64,000 bases of DNA from Epiperipatus broadwayi (lineage: Eukaryota > Animalia > Onychophora). Position numbers and translations under genes: made by a program. The DNA lies in NCBI GenBank assembly GCA_028023455.1, contig JAQFVV010000009.1, forward strand, positions 4,030,001-4,094,000, read 5' to 3'. Of the stretch, positions 1 to 13,900 are shown in pieces; the stretch's first letter is position 1, and the number at the start of each line of letters is the position of its first letter. The notes below the pieces were generated by a model. It saw nothing but the letters and a program-made list of their open reading frames with translations, was not told the origin of the DNA and did not search any database.

Positions 1-1852
1 AGAAAAGATGACAATAGAAGTATAACATTCAATCCCAAACAGATTACAAATAACTTAGATATAGACAATATGTAAAATAGATGAATGAGATGAAAAAGTT
101 TATTGGAATGATGTGAAGAAAAAAAAACCCTATAGATTGAAGAAATTAGATTAAACATGGAGATCTTTATCCTGGAATGTTTTGATAGTGGTTGAAAATC
201 CATAGCCATCTTGAATACTATCATATAATGATAAAAATTAAAAAAAGATGCATGAGGGTGTAAAAAATTTCTCTCTTAAATAAATAATAATGATTAGCAT
301 TTCTAATATACTAACTTGTTTTCTTTCAAATCCTAATCTCCTTTCTATTTTTTTTTTCTCTTACATTTTTATGAAATAAGTCTAACACTCATCCATATAT
401 GATTATAAAGATCCATCAATATTTTTAATTTCTTTTGTGAAATAATGTCTTTAAAAGATCACAGTTCACAAAGATGAGTAATGACTCTAAAAGGAAAAAA
501 GAGTGTACAATAAAGACCAAGAAAGATAAAGAAATCAAATGATGTGAATTATTGCAAATAAATGTCAGTAGCGATCTCTGTTCCCAAATGATGGACTACA
601 AAATTTTGTTCTCTTAAAAGAAATTTACTTTAAATCTTTCCAATTCAAATTGTGTTAACCACAAAAATAAACAAATTGTTGCAAAAAATTAAATACTTTT
701 ATGGGAAATCTCAACTGAGTATTCATATTTCATTACTATATGATTTAATATCAGGACTTTTGGATAATTAAAAAGTTGGATCTATACTGCAAAAACAAAA
801 ACTAAAACAAATAATAGGTTTAAGGATTACCTGATATACACTGGACAGATTTTAAAAATTTAATAGTTATGAAATGATTCAAAATAAGATGGGGTTGTTT
901 TTATTAGATGAAAATGCAATAGATGCATTAGTAGAATATAAAACTTCAATGTAAGAATGATGGCAGCCAAATACTTTTTTTAAAAAATTAATATAATTAT
1001 AATCCAAATATCTTTTTATATGCAGATTAATAAAACAATTTTAGTTAAGAAATTGAAATTAATACAAATTAATATGTCTTGAAAAGATATCTTTGAAGAA
1101 GACTTTAAAACTAAAAATGATAATGGAGAATAGTAATATATTATGACCAAATATTTTCATATCTTACTTTAGAATACACGATGACCTATAAAATTACATT
1201 AAAAGATGCCATATGAAAAATATTACAGAAAATGAGCAGTGTGCCAATTTTAAACATTCTACAAGGCAGACATAGATTCAAGTCATAATATAGTAATTGC
1301 AAATATCAGGTTTACCCTTAAAAAATTAAAAAAAGGTCATTTCCAGAAATAAAACGTTCTAATTAAGAAAGTAGTGGCAGAAAGAATGAAAATTCATCAA
1401 TTACAATTATGATTACAAAAATAAATTTAGATTTATGAGTGAAATATCTCAATAACGTTTTTAAAAATATCTTCTATTAAAGCTGTGACAAAAAAAAAAT
1501 TAATGGAAAAAATTAGATCCCATAATTCAGAAAATGAGATAGTTATAACACTTAGGTGATTCCATTTGCTACACTTGTACACAATACACCCTTAAATTAG
1601 TGCTACATAAATAAAACAAGAAAAAGTTCATACTTTTATCTTTATTTTGTAGAGTTTGATTTGTATATGACATACTTTTCCACAACCAATTCCTATTCCT
1701 TTGAAAAGTCCAAATTATACAAAATATCTTCTTTTTTTTTTGTATATCTTTCTTTTTATTTTAAAAAAGGTTAAGATTTCAAAATATTTTTAAATTATTT
1801 TTTGTTTCAGCAGAAACTTTTATATATATATATACACACCCACCCACCCATG

Positions 1853-2341
1853 CACAATATGTTCCAGTGAAAAGATGACTGATTCTCTCTATGAGCTTCT
1901 TGCAATGCCATCTTTGAATCAACAGATTATAAAGTGACATACTTTAGCTATTCACTACAAAATTTTTTTTAAAAGCTAATGTGTCTGGATTGTGAATTAT
2001 ATCATGAAATGTGACAATGTTTTTCCAATCTTCACAGTCTTCAATGCTCTCTATGTCATCATGAAATTTTGCAAATCACTTGAAAACATTTTTGTGACTC
2101 ATGATTTCACTACCATATATAGTCTAAATCACTTCAAATATTTCAGTAATAGTTATGCCCAATTTAAAATAAAATTTAATGTTAGTGCATTGATCCATCA
2201 TAGTTTAAGATATGAAACACAACTATCACATTTCATATCATAATTCATGATTCAGACTCATTAGCATTATTACAATTTTTCTGAATAACTAAATAGCATA
2301 GAAACAGAGAATCAGTCATCTTTTCACTGGAACACACTGTG
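1853..2341 (-). mobile_element. Internally deleted mariner (Tc1/mariner) element
   Basis: Terminal inverted repeats: gttccagtgaaaagatgactgattctct (1861-1888) is the reverse complement of 2306-2333. The minus strand encodes a decayed mariner N-terminus (LGITITEIFEVIQTIYGSEIMSHKNVFK*FAKFHDDIESIED). TA-rich flanks. Confidence 0.8.
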
Positions 2342-3559
2342 TATATATATATAAAATACTCACTAAATAAAATAATAATAAAAGTACCAATTATATTACA
2401 ATTTTAATTATATCTTTTTAAATATTCTGTTATACTAATGATTTTTATTATGATCAAAACATGTAGCATTTAAAATTGAAATTTACTACAATAAAAAGGT
2501 AATAACATAAAAACAGCACAAGAAAGTAAATCATTGAATTATTTTTTTTTTAATCAACTCCAAAAACTATAAAATATAATGCACCAAGAAGTTTGAAATT
2601 GTATTAATTGTAATTCAAATAAAAAAGGGCCTAGTGATAAGTCCTTTTATAATACTTTCCTCTTTTTAAATAAATTAATCATTTTATATACTAGAAGACT
2701 GAAACTTTAACAAAACAAAGTTATTTCTTGTCAGATATGTTTTATCATATTTAAATTTCTTTGAGATGTGGAGCAAAAATAAAGCGAGAAAGGACAATTA
2801 TTTTATCTCCTCAAGGTCATTTGATCTTCTTGTCCCATTTTTTATGCATTTGATACATTTACACCCCCCCCACCCCATATTGTAAATAATAATATTACTT
2901 AAATATAATGAATAAAAATTTACTGCAATGAATAAATTAAACACATGAATATTATACTAATATCTAAAATGTATCCATGGAAAGTGATTGGATTCAGTAC
3001 TAAGTAAATGATTGGTATATGTGGTTGAATAGCTTGCATAGTTAATTTTTTACAAGTTTGAAGTACTTTTCTTTTTAACCTAGCAAACTGTAGTCTTTGG
3101 TTGTTTTTTTTAAGTCAAATATTGATTAGACAAAATTATAAAATATTTTTTCATGCTTGAGAAGGATATTTTAGTCTTATCTTTACACTTACATCATATC
3201 TACAACAGATAGCATCAAAATCAACAAATAAATAATGATTAAACTAACAACAAATTTTATCTTTCTCATAAAAAAGTTAATAATGTCATTGTAAAGAAGA
3301 AAAAAAATTGCTATAAAATGAACTTATAGCAATTGTGATTGTCAGATTCAGTTGATACTATAAATATTATATTAAAAATTTAAAAAGTTATTTTATTATG
3401 CTAGCAGTACTTCATTTTCAGACAGTTTGCCATCAAGACAAAATACATACTATTCAAATGATATCACTTCATTTCAACTTCTATGATTCTGCCTGGTTTC
3501 TCAAAAAAAAATTTTTATCATGAAAATGTTTATCTATTCAGCTATAATTCATCATGCAC

Positions 3560-4620
3560 TGTACAATCAAGACCATTCTGTTTAAACGGTTGATAGCATT
3601 TCTTTTATTTTGAATTACCAACTATGAATAAAGTTATAAGCCAGTTTATTAAATTGTCAATCATTTGCATGATCCATTGTATTGACGATGATGAATGGTA
3701 GTATAGGTGAACTACTTTTAAGCCATTCTTTCATCTGCTTTCCTGCAATCTTCTAATACTATTAACTCTGTCCATTTTGTGATTATTTATCTATGACAAT
3801 TTGGTCATTATTTTTTTCCAAACCACTTACAATTCCAATCATGACATTCTTTTCTAGTATATCTGCTCTCTCACTACATGTCCAAAATATTGTTACTTTT
3901 TTCACAATACCATCTCTTGACTTTACATCTGTCTACAAAGAAACTCTTGCTGACTAAGGTACAGTATGCATTCTTTAGAGAAAAACAACAATCATTGTCT
4001 TTTCATTTCCTTAATATTCATACCTTGCTTTCATATATTGTGATGGACCAAATCAAAACCTGCAATAGTTTTTGTCCATATATCTATGTTCCACATGAGA
4101 ATCCAATTTTATAAATGCCTTTGATTCCAAGAAGAACCATGCATTACCTCAGTATAACATTTTCCATCTTGATTTAATCTGAAGTCAAATAAACAAACTC
4201 CAAAACCTGTTCCGGATGTACACCCTCCATTGTTATATCTTTACTATTACCTCCCAGTTAACTGCACTGCCCTTATTTTGCTTATATTTAGCCTTAATTC
4301 ATTCCCCTCAACTGACTTATTGCCAATCAGACTAATGATCCACTTCAATATAAAGCTAGCTCTAGAATCTTATTCAAAAAAATTTTTGGAAAAGAATTTT
4401 CAGCCCAAATATGTCACAAATATCATTACTTTCAGTTTTGTTGATGATTTAGATATAATAGATAGTCTGACTATTTTATCTTATCATTTAGCTTCACATT
4501 AGCATTCAGCCATCTTTATGATATGAACAATCATTTGAATGTTTTCCAAAGAACTAAGGAAATATGTGGAAAATCAGATTATACAAATACAAAATAAAAC
4601 GATCTAAGACATTATGAAAC
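3560..4620 (-). mobile_element. Highly decayed RTE-type LINE, RT C-terminal part
   Basis: Minus-strand fragments (e.g. ILEKNVMIGIVSGLEK, STKLKVMI) resemble the RTE reverse-transcriptase C-terminus. Many stops and frameshifts. Confidence 0.45.
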
Positions 4621-4627
4621 TCATTCT

Positions 4628-6772
4628 TTAAACTGTGTTAGAAGCATTGTTCACTTTGCATTTGGCATCATTACATTGAGACATCAATTCTAAGAGCAAA
4701 CTATCTTTGCTGTTGTTAATTAGCCAATTCAGTGTGGGAGAGGTGTGAAGCCTGATTTGATGAGTTAAAGCACAGACTTTGATAATACAATGGGTAGCAC
4801 CAGGAATATGAGGCAATGATATCCGGGGTTTGTTATTGTTTGTGATGGATGGATGTTTAATTTTGGAATAACATTTTTTTAACAGTTTGAATGAGAACTA
4901 TATTTTTATTTCCAATGTTGCATAGCTCTGTGATATAAGTTTTGATGTTTTTTTTATATTTTTTATCAGATTCAAATTTATTTAGATAGTGATTCCTATG
5001 CAAAAATGCCCTGAGACCGGTTAATTTAGGAGATTTTGGTATAATATATTCAAGCATATGGTGCCTCAAATGTGAATAGGCTTCACAAGCATTTTATAGT
5101 TGACATGAGTGGTTTCATGCTGCATGTATAAGTCTAGAAATTCAATGCTTTTAATGTTGCTTTCATTTTCTCTGGTCTATTTTAATAGGTTCAGCTGTAT
5201 TTCATCAGGTGCACAAATAAGGACATCGTCCACGTATCGTATATATAACAAGGAAAGAATAAACTCAAAGTATTTGGGTAAGACCTCTTCCTCAAATTTA
5301 TTGAGCCTATATTTGAGATTATACTGTTTGTGGGAAGGCCCACAGGCCAGCTATCATTCATTTTGTAATAAACACAAATTCATTGTGGGTCCAGTTTAAT
5401 CATTCAATAATACATTCAATCCTATGCACATTATACTCAGCTTTATTTAATGCCTCTTTGATGATTTGGATGGATAATATACTTGGAATGAGAATCATAC
5501 AGCTCAGTAATACCCAATGATGCTAAGCGGTCTTGCTTATTGAGTCGAATATTTTTCTGTTAACACATTTGAATGAAGACTTGACAATAAATCTACCAAA
5601 ACTGAATTGATCCATAAGCCATTGGCCTGTCATTTTGAAAGCCTTATAGTAATAGGATCCATTTAATTTGATAATCAAGCATAGGGAGTATTTAACTTTA
5701 TGTAATTTTATATTAGTGAATAGTCTGGGCAGAGTTGCAGCAGATGGGTAGATATTAAAGTATTCGCATTTCGAAATGCTTTATTATAAAACTTGCATAG
5801 AATAGCAGACCTCAATTTATCTTTTATATAAGTCTATTGATTTAAATCTTGGTTTATTAATTTGTATGTGCATCTTAGTGGCAAAATCCTGTTTGGATAA
5901 TAAAACAAACTGATTTTCCTTATCCTCTTTCATACAAACAATGCCCTTTTCATGAAAATATTTCTTGGTAGACTTGATACATTTAAACTACGCCTTACCC
6001 AGCCACCTGACTTGTTTATGAGCAACAGTCTGCACAACTTGACTAATAATAACTTTCCTTTGCTGACTGCCATTATAAATTATTTTGATGTCAGCAGCAA
6101 GCTCTCTCATGGAATATTTCCACATTCCGCTGACAAATTGTGGACCATAATTTAAAATCTTAATATTATTAAGTGGGTTGTATTTTGTAAAGTTGACGAA
6201 GTTTTAAGTGATAAGGGGAGATAACTCTACTTCTTGGCATATTTTGCTTGGTAATTAAGAGCCAAGACTCTGCACTTATTATTAATCTCAGGTGGTATGT
6301 CCTGTAGTCCCCATATTTTACGTCTGCATCAGTCTTCATTTTTCAAAAAAATATTTAGTTGGAAGATGATCTTCTCTTGGTGAAAAATAACCCTAGACAT
6401 GTATATTTGGCAGCAGCTTGGAAAATTTTTTTGAACTAAACAATTTTCAAGGAATTTAATTCTTTCATGTAATATACAGGTCAACTTACAGAGTATGCAA
6501 ACTGATTTAATCTTTAGAAAAGGATTCATTATTTTGTATTATAATGTAACTCCAAGGATTTAGGGAGCTCTATCTTGGAAAATATAATGCAAAATATACA
6601 TACCACTGTATTAGAGATAAGTTTTATATTGTATAATTAGCAAAGTATGCCTGGCATGCTTTCAATTCTTTAATCATAATAGTCACATTCATGGCATTGA
6701 TGATGAGAAGAAAAATGTGGTATTCGTTAAGGAACAAGTCACAATGAAGAATTTACATATGTGAATAATAAA
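4628..6772 (-). mobile_element. Penelope-like element relic, arm A (RT present, GIY-YIG core deleted)
   Basis: Minus-strand IRYVDDVLICAPDE (about 5200-5240) is the PLE RT catalytic motif. The arm is an inverted copy of 6773-8870. About 150 bp present in arm B (about 8695-8840) are missing here. Confidence 0.85.
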
Positions 6773-9120
6773 ATTATGATTAAAGAGTCGAAAGTATGCT
6801 AGACATACTTTGCTAATTATAAAATATAAAACTTAACTCTAATACAGTTGTACATTTATTTTGTATTACATTTTCCAAGATAAAGTTCACTAAATCCTTG
6901 AATTTACATTATAATACAAATGGATACTTATCTAAGAATTAAAACAATTCACAAACTCTATACTATAGGTCGATCTTTTATATTACATGAAATAATTAAA
7001 TTCCACGAAAATTGTTTAGCTCACAAAATCTTTCTAAACTGCTAACAAAATTTACATGTCTCAGGCTATTTTTAACTGAGAGAAGATCACTTTACAGCTA
7101 AAACCTCTCTTTCTAAAAAATATTATTAAAGGCTGTAAGAAATTTTCGAATAATGAAAAGCAACATAAATGTAAAATATAGGGACCACAGGACGAGATTA
7201 ATGATAAGTGCGGAGTTTTGGCTCTTAATTAATAAGCAAAATACGCCAAGAAGTAGAGTTAGCTCCCCGCTATCATTTATAACTTTATTAACTTTACAAA
7301 AACAATGTATCTGATAATATTAAGATTTTAAAGCATGGCCCAAATTTGTTGGCATCAGTCAGCAAAGGAAAGCTACTATTGGTCAAGTTGTGCAGAACGT
7401 CGCTTGTAAACAAGTGAAGGGGCAAGATAAGGCATGGTTTAAATGTACCAAGTCTACCAAGTAATATTTTCATGAAAATGACATTGTTTGTACGAAAGAG
7501 GATAAGGAAAATCGGTTCATTTTATTATTCAAACAGGACATTGCCACTAAGATGCACATACAAATTAATAAGATTTAAACCAAAAGACTCATACAACTTA
7601 AAAAGAAATAAAGATAAGTTTACATTTATCATTCTATGCAAGTTTTGTAATAAAGCATTTTCAAAACACAATACTTTAACATCTACTGCAACTCCATCCA
7701 GACTATTCCCAGATATAAAATACGTAAAATTGCTTGCCCCCTATGCTTAATTATCAAATTCAATGCAGACTATTACTACAAGACTTGGCCAATGATTTAT
7801 GGATCAATTCAGTTTTAATAGATTTACTGTTAAGTTTTCATTCAGAATTAAAAAAGCAAGACCATTTAGCAATCATTCAACATCACTGAATTATAAAGTT
7901 CCATTTCATGAATATTATCCATTCAAATTATCAAAGAGACACTGGATAAAGCTGAGTATAATGTGCACAGGACTGAATTTATCATTGAATGCTTAAACTG
8001 AATCCATAACGAGATTATTGCCTTATCTAATGATGTTTATTACAAAATGGATGACAGCTAGCCTATGGCCTTCCCAAGAGTGTCATAATCTCAAGTATAG
8101 TGCTCAATAAATTTGAGGAAGAGGTCTTGTCCAAATACGAGTTCATTTGTTCCTTGTTATATATATGATATGTAGATGTCCTTACTTGTGCCCCTGATAT
8201 GCAAATCAATGAAATACAGCTGGACCTCTCGAATGCCTCTTCATTAAAATGGATGCAAGAACAAAGACAACCTAAAAGGCATCAAATTCCTAGACTTATA
8301 CATACAGCGTGAAACTACCCAAAATGCTTGTAAAGCCTATTCGTGTTCGACGGGCCTTATGCCCCAAATCTATTATACTAAAATTTTCATAAATTAGCTG
8401 GTCTCAAGGCATGTTTGTATAGAAATCACTATCTATGTAAATTTGATACTGATAGGCTTCACAGATCTATGCACATTTGATATAAAAACATAGCTTTATT
8501 CAAACTGTTAAAATTTTTTATTCCAAAATTAAACATTCATCCATCGCAACCAATGACAATCCCTGGATATCACTGCTTTATATTCTCAAAAATCTGTGCT
8601 TTAACTTATCAAATCGGCTTTCTCTCCACTCCCACACTGAATCAGCTAATTAACAACACCAAAAATACTCCGCCCTTAAAGCTGAAGTCTCAAATAGTTT
8701 ACAAAATTGGATGCAGCTATATCATGCTTTCAATCTAACCGAGCCAAAGTGCATACTGATGCTAAATCAATTTTCTGCAGGCATGAATTTAACCTAGGCC
8801 ATATTTTCGAACCTACTTATTCTAATACTGTCTGCTTTGAACATAATGATGCCAAATGCAAAGTGAAAGAGACCCTGCTACATTGCCAGAGATAAACATG
8901 CAATTAACAAAAACGATTCCTACATCGCCCTTTCAAAAAAATGGCCAATATAATAACTTATTTACTATTCAAATACGCAAATTCTCTATTGTGACTTGTC
9001 CCCTAATAAACATCACAATATCAAGGTCATGAATTTGATTACTATGATTAAAGAATTTGTTAATTATACAATCTAAAGCTTATCTCTAATATGATTGTAC
9101 ATATATTTTGTGTTATCTGA
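6773..9120 (+). mobile_element. Penelope-like element relic, arm B (RT, GIY-YIG, pseudo-LTR-like tail)
   Basis: Decayed RT (YKMDDS*PMAFP, IVLNKFEEEVL). GIY-YIG remnants (KSQIVYKIGCS; GHIFEPTYSNTVCFEHNDAKCKVKETL; HAINKNDSYIALSKKW). About 8955-9120 repeats the element's own 5' start. Confidence 0.85.
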
Positions 9121-10492
9121 AATATATTTTATTATAAAAATGATGATGGTGATTATATACACACAATACATGAACTAAATGAATAATTAAAAAATTATAT
9201 ATTTGGATTGACCATTGAAATACATTCATTGCTTTCATAATTTCTCATGACATATGTTATTCTGGAAAACTATTTGGAATTAGTTTTTCTTTGCTTGCAT
9301 CTTAAAGAAATATCAAGAAGATAATATGGTGAAATTTTATTAACGTTTGGAAAAACAAATGGAAAAAGAGGGGGGGGGGGGATATGAAAATAGAAACTGC
9401 AACAAAAATTTTTAAAAAAGGTTGCACTGAAATGACAGTGAAGTCATTAAATATTTTGGTAGTTGGAGAAATGAGCATAACATTAGGAAAGCAAACTTTT
9501 AATCAAAAGTTTATTATAAAAATTTGTAAAATTAACAAGAAAATAAAGTTTATAAGACATTTGATATGGAATGAATCATTTGCAAAGTAAAAATCTGGAC
9601 AAGAGAAAAAAAGAAATTGAAAGTTTTTGAGATGTAAATATATATAAAAAAAAGAAAATGGAGAGAGGGGTAAAATCAATTTTAAAAAATTAGAAAAAGA
9701 TTAAAGAATGTTTACAATTGTAATAAATATATATAAAAAAAATATGTTAAAAAAAATAGAATGGAGGTTTAACAAAGTGTATGGTAAAACACATAATGAT
9801 ATATATATATAAACACTGATATGTCTGATGATATAAGCTTAATATGTAATAAAACATATCCAAGGGAGTACTAAATTTATGCAAGAGAAATATCAATAAA
9901 ATTATAGATGTGTAGTGCCAATACTTCAATTTTGAGAATTAAATTTATGTAATGGAAAATGCATGTAAAGAATCCAGCTATGGTTTAAATTGAAGAACTC
10001 TTATCACAATCAAGTTTAATCTTGAGGTGATACATTTAAATAATAAGAAATATATGGGCTTGGCATGTAATTTGATTTGTATCTCTAACTATTGTAGAGC
10101 TAATACTTAGTTTTCTTTTACAATTATTATGATCACCAGCGTTATTTACATAGGGCAACATATCAAAATAATGCTTATTGATGAATATGTGAGGTAACCA
10201 AATTGTAACATATATATTATGGATTTTGGTTACTAAATTTCAGCATAGGAACAATGAGATCTCAGTTATCATAAGGCTAATCAAAAATAAAATTAACAAT
10301 ACATTTAATTAATTTTAATAATAATTATATGGTGTACAAGAATTGATTTAATTAAAATTTATCTTGTGAATAGGCAAGAATATTATACAAATATTAAATA
10401 AAGAATGAATTACCATTCTTTATTTAATGATAATCAGTATATCTTTACAAGAACATACTATAATTCAACCTGTAATTTTGATAGGCTTAGAT

Positions 10493-10960
10493 CAGGGGTG
10501 GGCAAATAGCAACACGAGGGCCATATGCGGCCCGCCAAGACAATCAAAAAAATCTGCCTTGAATTGAGATTTCCTTCCCATGCATGACCGAAGATTCGTC
10601 CCATATTTTCCACTAGGATGGCCATGTCAATACACAAGCGCAGTGAAGATACGATGTGCAGTGCTTTTCTAGTTGATCTGGTTAATTTCAATTTTGTCTT
10701 TGCATTAGAAAATATATACATTTCCAACTTTAGTGAAACCATGAATCCTCTGAAAGAATGTAAAATCAGTGATGAATTTTGTGTGTTTAATAAAGAATGG
10801 ACAAACAAATTTTTTTTTTCAGGGAATAAAGCAGTGTGTTTACTGTGTCATGAAAAAAAGGTGCGGCCATTCGCTAACCTTCGCTTCGACAAAATGGTCC
10901 CTGATGCGACCCTCCACCAACTTCTGCGGCTCCCCAAGCCAAAACAATTGCTCACCCCTG
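10493..10960 (+). mobile_element. Internally deleted Buster/SPIN-type hAT transposon (468 bp)
   Basis: TIRs caggggtgggcaa / ttgctcacccctg. Perfect 8-bp TSD gcttagat (10485-10492, 10961-10968) with central TA. The ORF carries a Buster/GTF2IRD2-like N-terminus (KISDEFCVFNKEWTNKFFFSGNKAVCLLC). Confidence 0.92.
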
Positions 10961-13900
10961 GCTTAGATAAAAAAAATAACTAAACATTAAACTAGCAATA
11001 ATTAGACTATTCTAAATTAAATAATTTTCACCAAAATATAAAATAATTTATGTATATATTGTTTGAAAAAAAATCACCAAAAAAAAAAAAAAGGATAACA
11101 AATATTAATAATGTAATTAGTATAAGAAATATTTAAAATAGGGTATTAAAATAAAAAATAGGAAATAAAATACACATCTCTTATCTAGAGTTTGTAAACA
11201 ATAAGTTTGTGAGTACATTAGCTAAATTATTAGACTTGAATTCAAAAATATTTTAGTTTATAAAAGTTCTTCATTGTTTTATATTTATTTAGATAATAAA
11301 CTGATTATGGTATTTCATAGGCCAGAATAAGTTATTGATATAAATTCTTTTTTGTGGATTAATCTCCAGAAGAAATTTTTTGTGCAGCTTTCAAAACAAA
11401 ATGTAAAGATAGTTGAGACTTCAGTGAAGGATAACTATAAGAAAAAACAGTGATGCAAGGTGAGCAAAAGGAGCTCTGTAATACTGGAAACTCTCAATAT
11501 TGATTGCAGGCTTAGTTGACTGTTTTCTAACTTATATTGCTGAAATTCTCTTTACAACTTAAACTACAAGCAATTTAAATTGTTTTTAAAGCTTATTTAT
11601 ATTAGATTTGTTTGTGGAAAAAAACCACATATGAAAAACAACATAATAGATGTTTACCAGTTGTACAATGACTTTCATAAACAATAACTTAACAAATTTA
11701 TAAACATTGAAGTCAACTAATTAAAGATATCCTGGGCAATTATTTTTAAGTTTAAAATAAGTACTGCTTGTAAAAATTAATCTACAAAATAAATAATCAT
11801 AAAAAAAAATAAAAAGCAAAATTAGAACTTGTAGCTCAGAAATACAAGGTAGTAGAAGCAGAAAATCCAAATGTCAAAATTAAACGATTTGAGCCAGTTA
11901 ATGGAGATAAGATTGTGAATGAAGTAAGTATCATCACAAAACTTTCATGAAATGAGATAAGACTTTTAATGAAATGAGACAAGAACAAATAATATAAAAA
12001 AAAACTTAAACAACGGTATTTAGATAAGGAAGATCTAATTGAAAAAGATTATCAAGAAAAGCAAATATCTTTAGTAGATACAATAAATAAAATAAGCAAA
12101 TTGAAAAAGTAGATGAAATGTCAAATAAAGAAAGATGCCAAGCAAAGTAAAGCAAAGTTGAACAATGTTATAAAAAGAAACCAATGTAAAATGAAGGAGA
12201 ATCAAATAAAACAGAATCAAATGAAAATAACTATTTAGATAGATGCATAGACACATTAGAAAAAATGGAAAAATAAAACTTTAATAAAAAGGCAATGATA
12301 GTAAATAATAAAGAGAGCAAATAAGCTAGCTGACTCAGAGAAAATATTAATTCCTTCATTAGACTTAAAAGAGAAAGAGAATAATTCTAATCCAATAATA
12401 GAGAATTTTAAAAAAGCAGATAGTACTGAAGAACAAGTTTATATTAAATTATGTAATTCTAGAGAATAATTTAGATAATAAATAACTTTAAATCTAAGTA
12501 GAGATAAATCTGAATTTGAAGTTAAAAAAAATTTACAAGGAAGGTACAGAAAGAAGTAGGCAGAATAGATGTAGAAAATAAATTAGATGGACAGCATAAA
12601 AGTTAAAAGGTTCAAACTTACTCAAAAAAAAAATAAGTAGCAATGAAAAATCACAAGAAAATGAAAAGATGATAATAGATAAGTTATCAAGATACAGTGA
12701 AAGAGGTAAACAATGAATTACAGTTTGAAGTGGAAAGAATAGAACATAGTATAAAACAAAAATGTAAAACTCAAAGTGAAGATGTTATTTATTTTTCATG
12801 TGTGATTAGCCTTAATAATTGTTTATGAGACATGCCTAGGTATAGTTACTGTGGTTTGGAGCAACTAATTACATAAAGATAGCCAGTTTAACTATTGGTA
12901 CAGTTGTCTTAATATATATATATATATACACAGGCTACAATACTACTACTCATCTGGTACTCTTGGTTTCTGAAACTTACTGTGTCTGCGAAATTTTCAT
13001 ATGCTGTTTGAAATTTAAATTAATATTAAGTAATATACATAATGTGCTAATATATATTAATTTTATATAATCAGAATAAATGAATAAAATTTAGGGGTCA
13101 TTTCTCACTTTTTTTTTTTCATTTGCTAAAAAAAAAAAAATTGATCGAAGGACAAAACAGAAATACATCAATAAGATTTATTAATTTACAGGTATTTATT
13201 TAAATATGTTTTTTCTTTTAATTTTGTTTTAAACTGTCTTTATATCTCTATTTATTTACAGAGCTGTATTTATTTATTTTTTATGTTAAGTAAATCTAAA
13301 ATTCTTGTTAAAATAATTAAGTGTGGTGAGTATAAAATTCCCTTTCATACTTTTGATCAGATGATAGAAGTTGCTGCATTAATAATATTCTACCTGTAAA
13401 AATATATGTATTAAACAAATAAATTCAATATTGTCAATTCATACTTTTTAACATTCACTTATTTACAACAATTATCATTGAATAAATATCTGGATGATAA
13501 ACATTTCTTATTAAATTATTACATGATGTACACTTTAAATCTAATAAATTCAACTATGTTATTATTATTTTCTATAATCTTCACTTTTTAATGTTTCATC
13601 TCTTTCATGCATAGTCCATGACCATACATTTTTAGGGCTTAATAGTTAATATACATTATATTACTCTCAAATTGTAGACAATGGAAAAATCAAGCAAATA
13701 GTTCTCAGGATGCCATTCAATTAAGTCAGATATTTATAAAAGTGACAATCCTGTTTGGCTTTGAGTGAAATATATTTATAATAATTATCTTACAATATCT
13801 GAAAGAATATATATATAATAAAAGTTCTAAGTACAGATGCTAAAACAGTTTCAATTTCTTCCACCACCACCCTCCACCCAATAATTATCATAATTAAATA

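Noticed and set aside
6685-6725. ttgatgatgagaagaaaa in the PLE palindrome loop as a decayed hammerhead
   Set aside because: Too degenerate; no cleavage triplet or helix I partner.
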